The notes under the pieces are model-generated. The model ran no database searches. It was not told the DNA's origin and was given only the letters and a program-made list of their open reading frames with translations. The translations under genes were made by a program, and so were the position numbers. A DNA stretch of 63,164 nt, counting the filler, from Chrysochromulina tobinii (taxonomy: Eukaryota), in NCBI GenBank assembly GCA_001275005.1. It is 6 parts of 6 records of this genome, joined end to end, with 100 filler letters (N's around TTAATTAATTAA, not from the genome) between each part and the next. Parts side by side here need not be neighbours in the genome. Positions count along the whole stretch, not along the records: positions 39,466 to 56,262 come from JWZX01001437.1; 5 more parts are not named here. One strand, 5' to 3'. Shown piece by piece: positions 42,901 to 52,900 of this stretch. Each line of letters begins with the position of its first letter. The first letter of the stretch is position 1.

Positions 42901-45900
42901 CGCGTTCGGCTACGGTCTGATGGCTCATCTCGACTTTCACGCCTACTTTGGCCTCTCCGCTGCCTGGCCGCGCCGTTCCCTGCCGGCCGCCCCACCATTC
43001 TGCAGCTCGGAGGACGCCGCCGTCGACTCTATGGCATCCTTGATGATCGTAAACTCCGTCGACAAACTGTACCGTGTGACTGATGCATCCCCGAAGCTCG
43101 AGATTGAGACTGCTGATGGCCTCGTCCCCGTCAAGGCCATCGGCGTTGCCCTCGCGTACTTGCGCGTTGGCCGTGCCTGGGAGTGCTACGAGATACCCGA
43201 TGTCATGGTGCTCGAGAACTGCACCTTCACGCTCTATTCAACTCGGGTCATGTACGCGCTCTTCGGCTTCAAGCACGCGTTCGAGTCCGGCGTCATATCT
43301 GTCCCTGGTGCTCACGACATTGCTATCTATGACACCGGCGCGGCCTACGTGACTCCGATCGCATTTGTCCCGCACGGCTCACCTCGGCCGGAGGTGGTAC
43401 ATCGCGCCACCGACCGCGCTCTCGATGCGTTCCGCGCCGCTTGTGCCGGGCGCCCCGCCGCACGCCTCGCCGAACGCAGTGCCGGCACTTCCCAGGCTGT
43501 CCTGCATCAGCGCCTCGGCTTCCCATACCACGAGCAGTGGAAGCGCGTGCCTGCTTCCACCATCGACCATGGTTTGCCTCCCAACGCTCAGGCCACGCCT
43601 GATCTGCCCACGCGCGATGCTGTCTCGCGAGGTCGTGCACGCGCCCTACCATTCCTGCGCAAGCCATTGGAAGACGTGCGGCAGCCTCCACCCGCGGCGG
43701 TGATTTATATGGACTTCGCCGGTCCCCTCCTGGCCAGCATCTTCCATCGATACACCTGCTACGTCTGCTGCGTCGACGCCGGCTCGGGCTATGGGCGTCT
43801 TTACCCTGCCCACCATATGACGGCCCTTGTTGCCGCTGGCGCTCTTGAGTCGTACTCGGCTGAGCTTGCCTCGCTCATGGGCTTTCACGGCGGTTTCAAG
43901 CCCCTCGTTGTTCGCTCCGACCAAGGCAGCGCTTTTGTCTCCTTTTATTTCCGCGAGTTTCTCTCCGCCCGCCAGATTCATCAATCGCTGGCATGCACTT
44001 ACACGCCGCAACAGAACTCACATGCCGAGCGTTTCTTCGGGGTTGTGTTCGCAACCGCTCGCGTCCTGCTGGCTGCCGCCAATCTACCGCCGATTTTCCA
44101 TCCTTTCGCTCTCCAGACGGCCGCGTGGATTCACAACCGCCTCCCGCGACCCTCCCGCGGTAATGATTCGCCGTACTATACCCTCACCCGTTCGCTGCCT
44201 TCACTGGCGATGCTCTATTGTTTTGGATGCCTGGCTGCCGTCGTCATCCCCGTTCCCCGCCGCGAGGGCGATCGTCACTTTGCCGATCGTGGCGAGCACG
44301 CCATCTACCTCGGTCCTTCTGAGGTCAGCCCTGGCCACGTGGTTTACTTGCTTTCTTCTCGTCGCATCACCACTGTGGCCAAAATCCATCCGTGGGAGGA
44401 TCAGTTCCCTGGCATTGCCGGCGAGCGGTACTCGTGGTTCACTGATGATACCCCGCCGCCGCCGTCAGAGGGGCCCGCCGTCCCGACCGCCGATGTACCG
44501 ACCGCCGCCCGTGACGGCCCCACGAGTCACGGCCCTACGGCCATCCCTGACGTTCCCGACGAGGCACCTACGCCTACCTCTGCCACCACCCCAACTCCGC
44601 ATCCGCCTCCGCTTCCACCTGCTGTATCGGTACCTACGCCCCCGGCAGTTGGGTCCGGAGGGGCTGTAGCGCCAGGAGGGGCGCCTGCCACGTCAGCAGT
44701 TGGGCCCGGAGGGGTCACGCCAGGAGGGGCGCCTGCCACGTCAGGAGGGGCCACGTCAGGAGGGGCTGCCCCACAGCGATCAGCCCGACCCAGAGGTGAG
44801 CTCAAGAAACTCGAGACCAAGACGACCGTGAGCCCACCGGATGCCGCCGGAGCTACTCCTCGCCGCGCAGGTTCTCGAGTTGGATCGTCTGTGCGTTATG
44901 GCCAGATCGCCATGCATTCTGCGATGAGCCTCTTCGCTCTTACCGCCGTGGCCGCCGCCAACCTGCGCGCCCCGATTTCACTTGGTTTCGCCTTCACTTC
45001 CACCATCTCGGCAGTGGACGAGGCCTTCGGCGGCGAACCCCTCGATAGCCAGCCCGACTCTTGGCTTGTCGATGCAGCCGCTCTCGCTGCTACGGCGGCT
45101 ACCCTGACCATCACTGCCGATCTGGGCGAGCTGGACGTCCCTAAGTCTTTTCGTCAGGCTATGCGCAGCCCGCAGCGTGACTATTGGCGTGAGGCCATCG
45201 CCAAGGAGCTGGCTGGACTGCTCGCCCTTGAGACGTGGGAGATGGTACCTGCTAGCTCGATGCCTCCTGGTGCCAACCTGATGCATTGTCACTACGTGTT
45301 CGCAGTCAAGCGTAAGGCGGATGGATCCATCGAGAAGTTCAAGGCGAGGCTCGTCGCCGACGGTAACACCCAGAAGTACGGCGTTGACTTTGACCGGGTG
45401 TTCGCAACTGTGGTCAAGACATCCACAATTCGCCTCGTTCTTCTGCTTGCCGCGGCTCGGGATTATAATCTCTCCTCCATTGATATTCGGCAGGCCTACT
45501 TACAGAGTCTCCTTGACCCCAACGTGCCACTTTACATGCGCCCGCCCCCGGACGTGTTCCCTTTCGACCAGCATGGGAACCCGTTGGTGTGTAAGTTGCG
45601 GCGATCACTTTACGGCCTCAAGCAGGCTGGCCGGGAATGGGCCGCTCTCTTCTCCTCCTTCCTCATTTCGTGGGGCATGACGCGATCGACCATCGATCCC
45701 TGCCTCTACGTTTTCCGGGCCGCAGAGTCCATCCTCTGGGTCTGTGTCTACGTTGATGACGCCCTCATCGCTGACAACGACCCCGAGCTTCGCGCCCGCT
45801 TTGTCACCGACCTATCCGCACGCTTCCCTACTGAGGACAAGGGAGAGCTCAAATGGATTCTGAGTGTAGCGATTGCGCGGGATCGCAAGGCTCGCACCCT

Positions 45901-46750
45901 CTCGATGTCGCAGGAGCTATACGTCGCCGACTTGATCACCAAGTTCGGCTCCTTCCTCGACGCGTCTGTCACTCGCACTTTTGACACGCCCATGGAGGAG
46001 GGATCGGTGCTCTCGGCCTCGGATCAACCTCAGATCGGATCCGAGGCTCACGCGGCTATGGCGGCTTCCCGCGACGTTTATATGTCGCTCGTTGGTGGGT
46101 ACTTGTGGCTCGCGAACATGACTCACTTCCATCTGGCTTACCCGGCCGGCCAGTTGGCACGTTTCCTCACCAACCCGGGGTTGCCGCACTACCGCGCCGC
46201 TCTGCGTTTGCTCGCCTACCTCCAATCTGTGGGGTCCCGGCCGCTTGTGTTCGCCCCCAACAGTGTGCGAGGCTTGGACACCTACGTCGACTCGAGTTGG
46301 GCGACTCGCTTCTCGGTGAGCGGCTGCCTGATCTTCTATCACGGGTGCTTGTTCCACTGGTTCTCGAAGATGCAAAAGTCTGTCTCCTTAAGTTCCGCTG
46401 AGGCCGAGTATTTTGGTGCGATGATGGCGGCCAGGGATTTGATTTTCGTGCGTGATCTGCTCATCGAGCTCGCCATCCCGCTTGAGGGCCCCAGTGTGAT
46501 GTGGTCCGATTCCAAGTCTGCTGTCGACATGTCTCGTGATCCGGTGGCGTTCAAAATGACCAAGCATATCTTGCGTGCGGCGGAGTTCCTTCGCGATCTC
46601 GTAGCTCGTCTGGTCATTGAAGTACGACACTTACCGGGGCGTGTGATGATTGCCGACCTTCTGACTAAGGCTGTGGCCCGGGTCGTATACCACGAGCTTC
46701 TTCGTCTCTTTGACGTCTACGCCGCCACAGGTGTGGTGTGCCCCGATTAA
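39890..46750 (+). CDS. Copia Gag-Pol polyprotein with ~570-aa hydrophobic N-terminal extension
   Basis: CLRCGRLGHTRRTC zinc knuckle; integrase MDFAGP / RSDQGSAF / PQQNSHAER; RT KARLVA, LYGLKQA, YVDD; RNase H DSSW, SSAEAEY, ADLLTK. The first ATG (GCCATGG) lies inside the 5' LTR. Confidence 0.93.
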   Translation: MVSLILFLASFGPASTRYGFPSGNSSAAPVDVFATITPVSSEDVVFPPPHCADLWNLSTPNAEETQSSFSLGFVDPQCGMFASRGFPPHHAMPDCRCRLDGVSGWLPRQRHFAAGPHSPAEAAVVLTSSSCGHGLAATLHWFERAGQPVQDPSLAACRRVFLEITVYLAMHPHRVYDVGVMFMLLAWFMIQPRAWARLVLLISLGTLSAATHLFNLVLQSCLHDGRERGSARTGRGRWVDHNHALGMQGASGAWAIWRMAVVTTFLPLALLLLAPLVAANYVIATLIRLARLSLAWLPALSLAGVLVLLMVAYYVATTLAALIVDMVLFTFLVTQIVGFIALASVDSVTTPLIWFLIECVTLAGTITIATTRRLATTLACLASAFDHWNALRDPAIAELAGALHRGWVGKKRRPTRDNRHDIRRALRDLTAPARLDKLVQTHRYVMMVFGDGDPSVPHRRQVASVYARVALIVLTIITARACRFGSRAIKRTEGFTLNVGLAITVRLLRTRDCLVAHACFMSGRSGIARRALDSLLVATYLRFRSPMAVMMPRMRPLWILAMLPLVSSAGDENKRVPSFSGERIDFTAWFMLFSAYVAYKLVSAAPLIAGTRPRPPAAPSPTMGRVAPEPPAPPAPILATDGSTTNQTEIDAANAARLAWMNTAQVVLNAAEIKEANDAREKWANDNTQLYGLLVQAMPAWLVTSLYNSHLNDGVAAIEYLRKAFDANSGDGGDHAAHLARLQSRTIDARSDISEADLRRQFDMMMSESAAIQRTGNSPPSEATMIAFYDNALPIAYTTMRQHARRARHTTLLAHHMDIMSQVRAEANSRAPAPNAFAASIAPAGATPLKPATNADADKTCLRCGRLGHTRRTCRQAKAPCTHCGADHLPDFCPKGTGGRRRELSDVLRGVLDRDVQRGSGPAAKHGRKPPTYAAAAAQASAPAPASASPPTPSPPAAAPSIAPTAPAVPWQQPTPTAHAAAAQAASIQADAQSAANAYAAALRAFGYGLMAHLDFHAYFGLSAAWPRRSLPAAPPFCSSEDAAVDSMASLMIVNSVDKLYRVTDASPKLEIETADGLVPVKAIGVALAYLRVGRAWECYEIPDVMVLENCTFTLYSTRVMYALFGFKHAFESGVISVPGAHDIAIYDTGAAYVTPIAFVPHGSPRPEVVHRATDRALDAFRAACAGRPAARLAERSAGTSQAVLHQRLGFPYHEQWKRVPASTIDHGLPPNAQATPDLPTRDAVSRGRARALPFLRKPLEDVRQPPPAAVIYMDFAGPLLASIFHRYTCYVCCVDAGSGYGRLYPAHHMTALVAAGALESYSAELASLMGFHGGFKPLVVRSDQGSAFVSFYFREFLSARQIHQSLACTYTPQQNSHAERFFGVVFATARVLLAAANLPPIFHPFALQTAAWIHNRLPRPSRGNDSPYYTLTRSLPSLAMLYCFGCLAAVVIPVPRREGDRHFADRGEHAIYLGPSEVSPGHVVYLLSSRRITTVAKIHPWEDQFPGIAGERYSWFTDDTPPPPSEGPAVPTADVPTAARDGPTSHGPTAIPDVPDEAPTPTSATTPTPHPPPLPPAVSVPTPPAVGSGGAVAPGGAPATSAVGPGGVTPGGAPATSGGATSGGAAPQRSARPRGELKKLETKTTVSPPDAAGATPRRAGSRVGSSVRYGQIAMHSAMSLFALTAVAAANLRAPISLGFAFTSTISAVDEAFGGEPLDSQPDSWLVDAAALAATAATLTITADLGELDVPKSFRQAMRSPQRDYWREAIAKELAGLLALETWEMVPASSMPPGANLMHCHYVFAVKRKADGSIEKFKARLVADGNTQKYGVDFDRVFATVVKTSTIRLVLLLAAARDYNLSSIDIRQAYLQSLLDPNVPLYMRPPPDVFPFDQHGNPLVCKLRRSLYGLKQAGREWAALFSSFLISWGMTRSTIDPCLYVFRAAESILWVCVYVDDALIADNDPELRARFVTDLSARFPTEDKGELKWILSVAIARDRKARTLSMSQELYVADLITKFGSFLDASVTRTFDTPMEEGSVLSASDQPQIGSEAHAAMAASRDVYMSLVGGYLWLANMTHFHLAYPAGQLARFLTNPGLPHYRAALRLLAYLQSVGSRPLVFAPNSVRGLDTYVDSSWATRFSVSGCLIFYHGCLFHWFSKMQKSVSLSSAEAEYFGAMMAARDLIFVRDLLIELAIPLEGPSVMWSDSKSAVDMSRDPVAFKMTKHILRAAEFLRDLVARLVIEVRHLPGRVMIADLLTKAVARVVYHELLRLFDVYAATGVVCPD
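39943..39960 (+). promoter_or_regulatory. Primer-binding site, 18 nt
   Basis: TGGCTTCCCTTCCGGGAA directly follows the LTR. Its complement UUCCCGG-AAGGGAA-G-CCA has the form of a tRNA 3' end. Confidence 0.8.
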
Positions 46751-46790
46751 TATGTACGGTCGCATGGCTTTCGCCGCAACCGTGAGGGGC

Positions 46791-46996
46791 TATCACGGGG
46801 CATGTGTGTGCTCAGTGCGCCAAATCGTCCTATACGGGAGTACTTGTTAGTTTAGTCAGATTTAGCCAGTAACCACTGTGGGGAATTCCCAGTGGGAAAT
46901 TAGTGGGTACGTAGACACTTGTGTTTTGTGGTTGGGTGGAGCCATGGTGTCTCTCATTCTCTTTCTCGCCTCGTTTGGCCCTGCGTCCACGAGATA
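46791..46996 (+). repeat. 3' LTR, preceded by short purine tract GAGGGG
   Basis: Direct repeat of 39737-39942. Confidence 0.95.
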
Positions 46997-49900
46997 CGCA
47001 CGAGCGTGCTCCCACATGGCGATGGCGGCGCTCACGTGCACGTTGAGCGAGCGCAGCAGCCCGCGCTGTGGGATCTCGACACACTGATCGACTTCAGCCA
47101 GCAGCGATGCGGGCACGCCCGTTCCCTCCGCGCCCAGCAGCAGCACCGTCTTCTCGAGCGCACGCGGTGATCTCCCACGCGACCGGCGAGTGGCTGCGGC
47201 CTGTGTGAGCAGCTCATTCGTAAAGGTGAGGCGGCGGGCGGCCCCGGCGGGGAGGCTCCTGACGAGATTGAGCGCGTCATCCTTTTTCATGCCGGCCATA
47301 CTCTGGCCATTGACTGCAAGCAACGTCATGCCTATGATGATGCCCTTTTGCTGTGCCAGCGTGCCATCCACCACGTCGTTCACCACGATGGCACCGCTTG
47401 CGTGATCGCCTAGCCCGAGCCCAATGTGCTTCCCAGGCTCGAAGTCGTACTCATACTGAGAGGCGAGCTCGTACGGATGAGTGGTATTCACACGGATGGT
47501 ATTCACACCTCGCTCGTACGGATGAGTGGTCGACGCCTGCTCAGCGCCGTCGTGAGCACCCAGCATCGAGTAGTACTCTTGCAGAGGAACGGATCCCGCC
47601 GCCTGCTCCAGCGCCACGATGCGCCATCCTGCCGCTCGGCGGGCCCGCAAGTACCTGGACAGCTCCGCCGGCTTGACCTCTTCCATCGGCAGCCAGCGCT
47701 CGGCGCCCAAGCTCAACCCTTTGAAAGCCTCGTGGCTGGCAAGTCGCTTGTCGGGGAGCACGAGCGCTGCCGCGCCGAAGATCTCGGCGCTCCGGCAGAT
47801 GCCGCCGAGATTGGTTGGCTTGTCGAGGAGCGAGGCGACTACGATGAGCTCGTGCGCGCGCCGCTTGGACTGCACCGCCGTGGTGCGCAGGTCGGCGAGC
47901 TGTGCATGCATGGGGGCGAAGGAGTCGGCGTGCGAGACAGCCCCCTCGTCTTCAAGCGCGCCGCTCGCCACTGCTTCTGCTGCCGCAGTCGCATCCTCCT
48001 CAGATTCGGCGCCTGATTGCCTCCGATTGCGCCTGGTTGCCTCCTCATCCGCCTCCTCGTCCGCGGCCGCCGCTGCGCTGAGCACATCAAACACAAGAGG
48101 CTCGACATTCCACCAGCCATGACCGCCGAGCGCCGTCTTGCGCTGTGCCACTTGGTGAGTGGCGCGGCTGGTGGCGGTGGCCGCAGGGCTGGCTGCGGCG
48201 GGGGCGAGGAGGGGCTCGATGCCAGCTAGAGCTGACGAAACTGGAGCTGACGAAACGCTGCTGGCGGTTACTGGAGCTGACGAAACGCTGCTGGTGGTTG
48301 TGCCACGCAAGGCAGCGAGCTCTCCCCGTAGGTACTCCGTCAGGGCCAGCCGGCGCTCTGACGCTTCCTTCTGAAGCGCGGCGGTCTCCTCCTCCTTACT
48401 CGCGTGCACCAGCGCCGACATCTGGCGCCCCAAACGCTCTTGGGCGGACACGGGGGCAGACTCGCCATCTCCCGCGCCCGCCGCCAAGGCCGCGCCTCGC
48501 GCGTCGTACAAGGCTGCCGAGGCGGACCGCGAGTGCGCCGGCAGCCAGAGCAGCGGGTCTATGGCGGCAGTGGCGGCGACAATCTGCGGCTGCGTGGCGA
48601 AGAAGGTACCGAGGGTCGCTAGAAGCGCCGGTGGTGCCAGAGCGCCGTCGCGAGCGCCGTCGCCATCCGTGGCAGACGGAGCGACGGCGGGGGTGCCGAC
48701 GTCCGCGCGCGCTGCAGCAGCCGGGGTGCGCCTCATGGACGCAGCCGCATCGAGATCGTCCGAAATCGTGGCGTCGGGGGTCAGAGCAGCCAGGCGAGAG
48801 AGCACCCCGATCGACAGCAGCCGCGCGGTATGGAATGTGCACGTTGCCCAGCCGAGAAGGTGCGGCAGCACTGTGTTCATGGCAGCCTGGCGCGAGTCCG
48901 GCGGCAGCGCGACGAGGGCCGCGCCAACGATCAGCACGGCGGAGGCAGCGGCGTCGCGGGATAGGGTAGGATCAGCCACGAAGTTGCAAAGGACCGTTGG
49001 GGCCGTCCGCGCGTCGCTCAGCACGAGCGCCACTGCAAAGCTCTCCATGTACTGCCTGACACGAGGTAACGGCTTCTCGGACAGCAAGCGCCACACGCAG
49101 CTGGCCGCCGCCTGCGCCGGTGCCCCAAGCTGTGGAAGCCACGGGGCTAGTAAGCTGAGTGCTTGCCAGGAGCGTAAGCAGCGACGTGCTCCCTGCGTCT
49201 GTGGTAGATACCACTTGGGGAAGCTTGCATCGGGTGAGGCGACGGAGTCGAGGAGCAAAGCGGTGACGGCGTTGAGGAGGGCGAGTGCGCCGTCGTTGCT
49301 CGCGCCTGCGGCCAACGACGCCTCCTCTCGCAGCGGCAGCTCCAAAAGCAGCCGTAGTGCGAGCGCCCTCACGCGATGCGCCGCGGCACGGCGCTGGGCG
49401 TCCGCACCGCCGGCCATGAGGGCGTCCAGCAACGCCTGGATACCCTCATCCTCCGCAGAGGCGCACCCATCGACCACAGGAGCGGCGGCGGCGCTGGTGG
49501 TAGAGGCGCGACTGCACGTGGCGGCAGAAGACTGCGAGTCTGCAGGCACGGCAAGGGCCAGATCGGCACGGCTCACGCTCATGACTGCCCGTGTGGACAG
49601 CCGCGGCGCAAGGTCGTCATCCAACGTGGAGAGCAGCGCGGTGCTGCCCACCGGCAAGGCCGCATCCCCATGCAGCAAGAGCTCGTGTATGCGAGAGGCC
49701 CATGGGAGGCAAGCGCGGGGCTGCTCCAGAACGGCGTCGCACAGACGGGAGGCGGCGAGCTGTGCGGCAAACGGACGGGCAGCGCCGAGGCCGTGTAGGA
49801 AGTCGAAAGCTCCGAAGCTCTCAGCTTGAAGGCCAGTGCAGTGCAGCACGGGCACGCTGAGGAGGGCGTTGGCAACGGCTGCACAGAGGCTCGGCTGCAG

Positions 49901-52900
49901 AGCGGTCGATCGCACCAGACGAAGACTCTCCAAGCAGGCGCGGTGGAGAGCGCGGACGTGCGAGACCGTTGACGAGACCGACGAGACCGCGCCGTCCGTA
50001 GCGGCCGCGCCATCTGATTGCCTCTGATTGCCTCTGATTTCCTCTGAGTGCGAGACCACGCCGTCCGTAGCGGCCGCACCATCAACGACAGAGTGGCGGA
50101 GGGCGATGCGGATCAATGGCCCAGCACAGCGGAGAAGCGCATGCAGCGCCTCGGCATCGCCCGACGACTGCTTCAGAGCGGCCGCGCAGGATGCCAGCCA
50201 CGTCTGATGCCGTCGATCCACAAGCTCACTGTCGCGTACCACAGCCGGCGCGATGCCTTCGCGCACGCGTATAGGTGGCGGGGGCGATGATCGGCCGCTG
50301 ACGGTCGCCACTGACGGTGCATCGCCTGCAGCGTCCAGCAGGGCGGCTAGCGCAGCCCATTGCGCCACCTCCGAGCGGTATCGCAGTCGCAAGTCGACCC
50401 CGTTGCCATCGCCGTCCATGCTTGCGAAGCGTCCCGCGCCCTCCGCGCAAGCCGCCAGCATTGTCTCTCGCGCCGACTGCATGGGCTTAGTAAGGAGTGG
50501 ATGCACGGCGACGATGCCTGGTGCGCCGTCGTGAGCAAGTTCCAGCGCCCTCGCACCATACATCCCGGCGCGCACCACGGCGGAGAGAGCGTCAGCGGCC
50601 ATCAGTCGCACGCGCGGCGCTTGGGGTCCGGCCGCGCTCGCAAGTTCGGCACTCAGGCCTTGGAGCAGCTGCTCGCCCACAAACGTGACGATCGAGCGAA
50701 CCTCCGGCACGGCCGCTGTGCATGCAGCCAGGGCGCCGGAGCAGTGGACCACTCGAGCACAGAGCCAGTCAGTCTGATCAGGTGCACCGACCAGGGATGA
50801 GTCGGAACGGCCTGTGCGTGCTTCGGAAAGGGCGTTCTCGACGACGCCGCAGCAACCTTCAGCACAGCCAGAGAGCATATTGATCACCACCGAGCGCCAA
50901 GCTGGCTCGTCCGCTGCGGCAGCGCCGTCAATGAGCGCATGCAGCAGCACTAGAAGCCGCGGCGCGTGCAGCGGGTGCAGATAGGCTCGCGTGTGCACGT
51001 TCACCAGCTGCGCGCACAGTGGTCCCAGTGCAAGGGCCACACGCTGCGCGGTCGGACACAAGTCGCACGCCGCGCGGAGCGTCTCTGCCTCCTCTGCACT
51101 GTCGCTGAGATCGGAGGCGGCAGGCACGAACGGCTTCGGCTGAGCGGTGATAGGAGATGTGATGGCTGCTGTGATGGCCGCCGTGATGGCCCCGCCCTGG
51201 CTCGCCCCTTTTCGGCGATTGGTATAGCGCTCCAAGTATTCTTGGACCGCTTCAGCAACCTCCGCCTCCAGCCACGCTCCGCCATCTGCACGTCTCGGGC
51301 GCTCAAGCCACTGGCGCACTCGCTCAACGGTCCGTTGCGGCAGTCGAGATGCCGCGGGCACGCTGCGTACGAACGCCATAATAGGCAACAGCCCCAGAGA
51401 TGACGCGTCACCGAGCGCGAGCAGCGCCTTCAGACCGACACGCCACAGGCGCGCCTGCGCCACCCGCCCGTGCGAGCGGCCCGCCTGCTGCATCACGTCA
51501 CGCAGCGCGTAAAAGCCCCCCTGGCTCAGGACGCCGGGAGCTTCGGGCGTCGAGGCGAGGGCTGTGAGCAGGTGCTCGCACGCATGCACCTTAGGCGAGT
51601 CTTGGCAGGCGCGTAGCAGTGACTCCACCCACGTGCCCGCAGCCTCGACGCCGGCGCGTCGCGCCAAGTAGGACACGTACAGAGGCAGCGCGTCTCGGAC
51701 GGCGGCCGCCAAGGGTGAGAGAGGTCCGGTCGAGTCGCCCCTCCCAGCACCACGATAGTTGCCGTCACCAGCGTCGTCGCCGCTATTCCCGCCGCCGCCG
51801 ACGCCGCCGCCGCCGCCGCCGCTGAGGTCCACCCGCCACGGCGCATGCGAGTGCAGGAGCAGCGGCAGCAAGTGCTCGGCCATGAAGCGCGCGGGCGGCA
51901 CCACGGCGTGCGCCTCTGCAGCTGCAGAGCCAGTGGTTTCGGAGGGCTCTGGAGGTTCGGGCGCCTCGAGGGCAGCCGCGACATGCTCCAGGAGGGTGAG
52001 AGCCGCCCAGTAGCGCACGGCGACATTAGCATGGCCAAAGGCCCTGCGTAGCAGCAGCTCGACCCACGGCCACGAGGGAGGCGGCTCCAGGGCCTCGCGC
52101 GAAGATGAGGGCGAGGTCACTGCTGCATCGCTGTCCGCTGAGGCATTTGTCCAAGTACCGGTAGAAGTACCGGCCGGAGGTGCGACATCGCCTAACCACC
52201 ACGAAGGCTGTGTCGGCCACACAGGCTGGATGAGATGGACGTCGTACGCGGCCTCGAGAGAGCCATAGACGGCCAGGAAGGTCTCCCACGCCGCCACGTC
52301 CGCAGCCTGCGCGTGGGCGGTGCTGACGATCAAGGCCGCCGCCTTTGCCTCCTGGGAGGTTCGATTCGCACCGTCGCGGCGGAGGGCATGCAAGAGGAGC
52401 GCGTTCGGAGTGGGTGGCGCACTCGCCATCGGCGCCGCTTCGAGAGCGGCGCGCCACGCGCCACGCAGCTGCTCATGCAGGGCCGCGGCGGTGGTGAAAC
52501 AATGGAGACGAACGGGTTCTGATTCTGACGCGCACCCCCGCGCCAGCCACCCCCACACCGCGACTGCGCTCGCCTCTACATCCAGATCGGAGCTGCACAG
52601 CAGCGAGAGTGCCGCCGCCCGCGCCGCACGGAGCGGCGACAATGAGAGCTGGGCTCCCGCAGCAGCGAGCGCAGCGCTGGCTTCCGCCGTGGGTGATAGC
52701 CGGTGCAGTCGCAGCGCAAGGCTTGCTGCCGCCACCGCCGTCATACTGCTCGCGCCGCTCTTGGCGCCTTGGCACGCGATCTCATCTGTGGTGGTGGGCT
52801 GCAGCGCACTCATCGCCGCTGTCCACAGTCCAGGGATCGCATCTGCAGTGACGAGCTTCGCAATAGCTTCGCAAGTCATGTCGAGGACCACAGCTGATAC

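Larger units (their letters stand above)
39737..46996 (+). mobile_element. Full-length Ty1/Copia LTR retrotransposon, 5-bp TSD CGCAC
   Basis: 206-bp LTRs at 39737-39942 and 46791-46996; TSD at 39732-39736 and 46997-47001; domain order gag-PR-IN-RT-RH. Confidence 0.97.
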
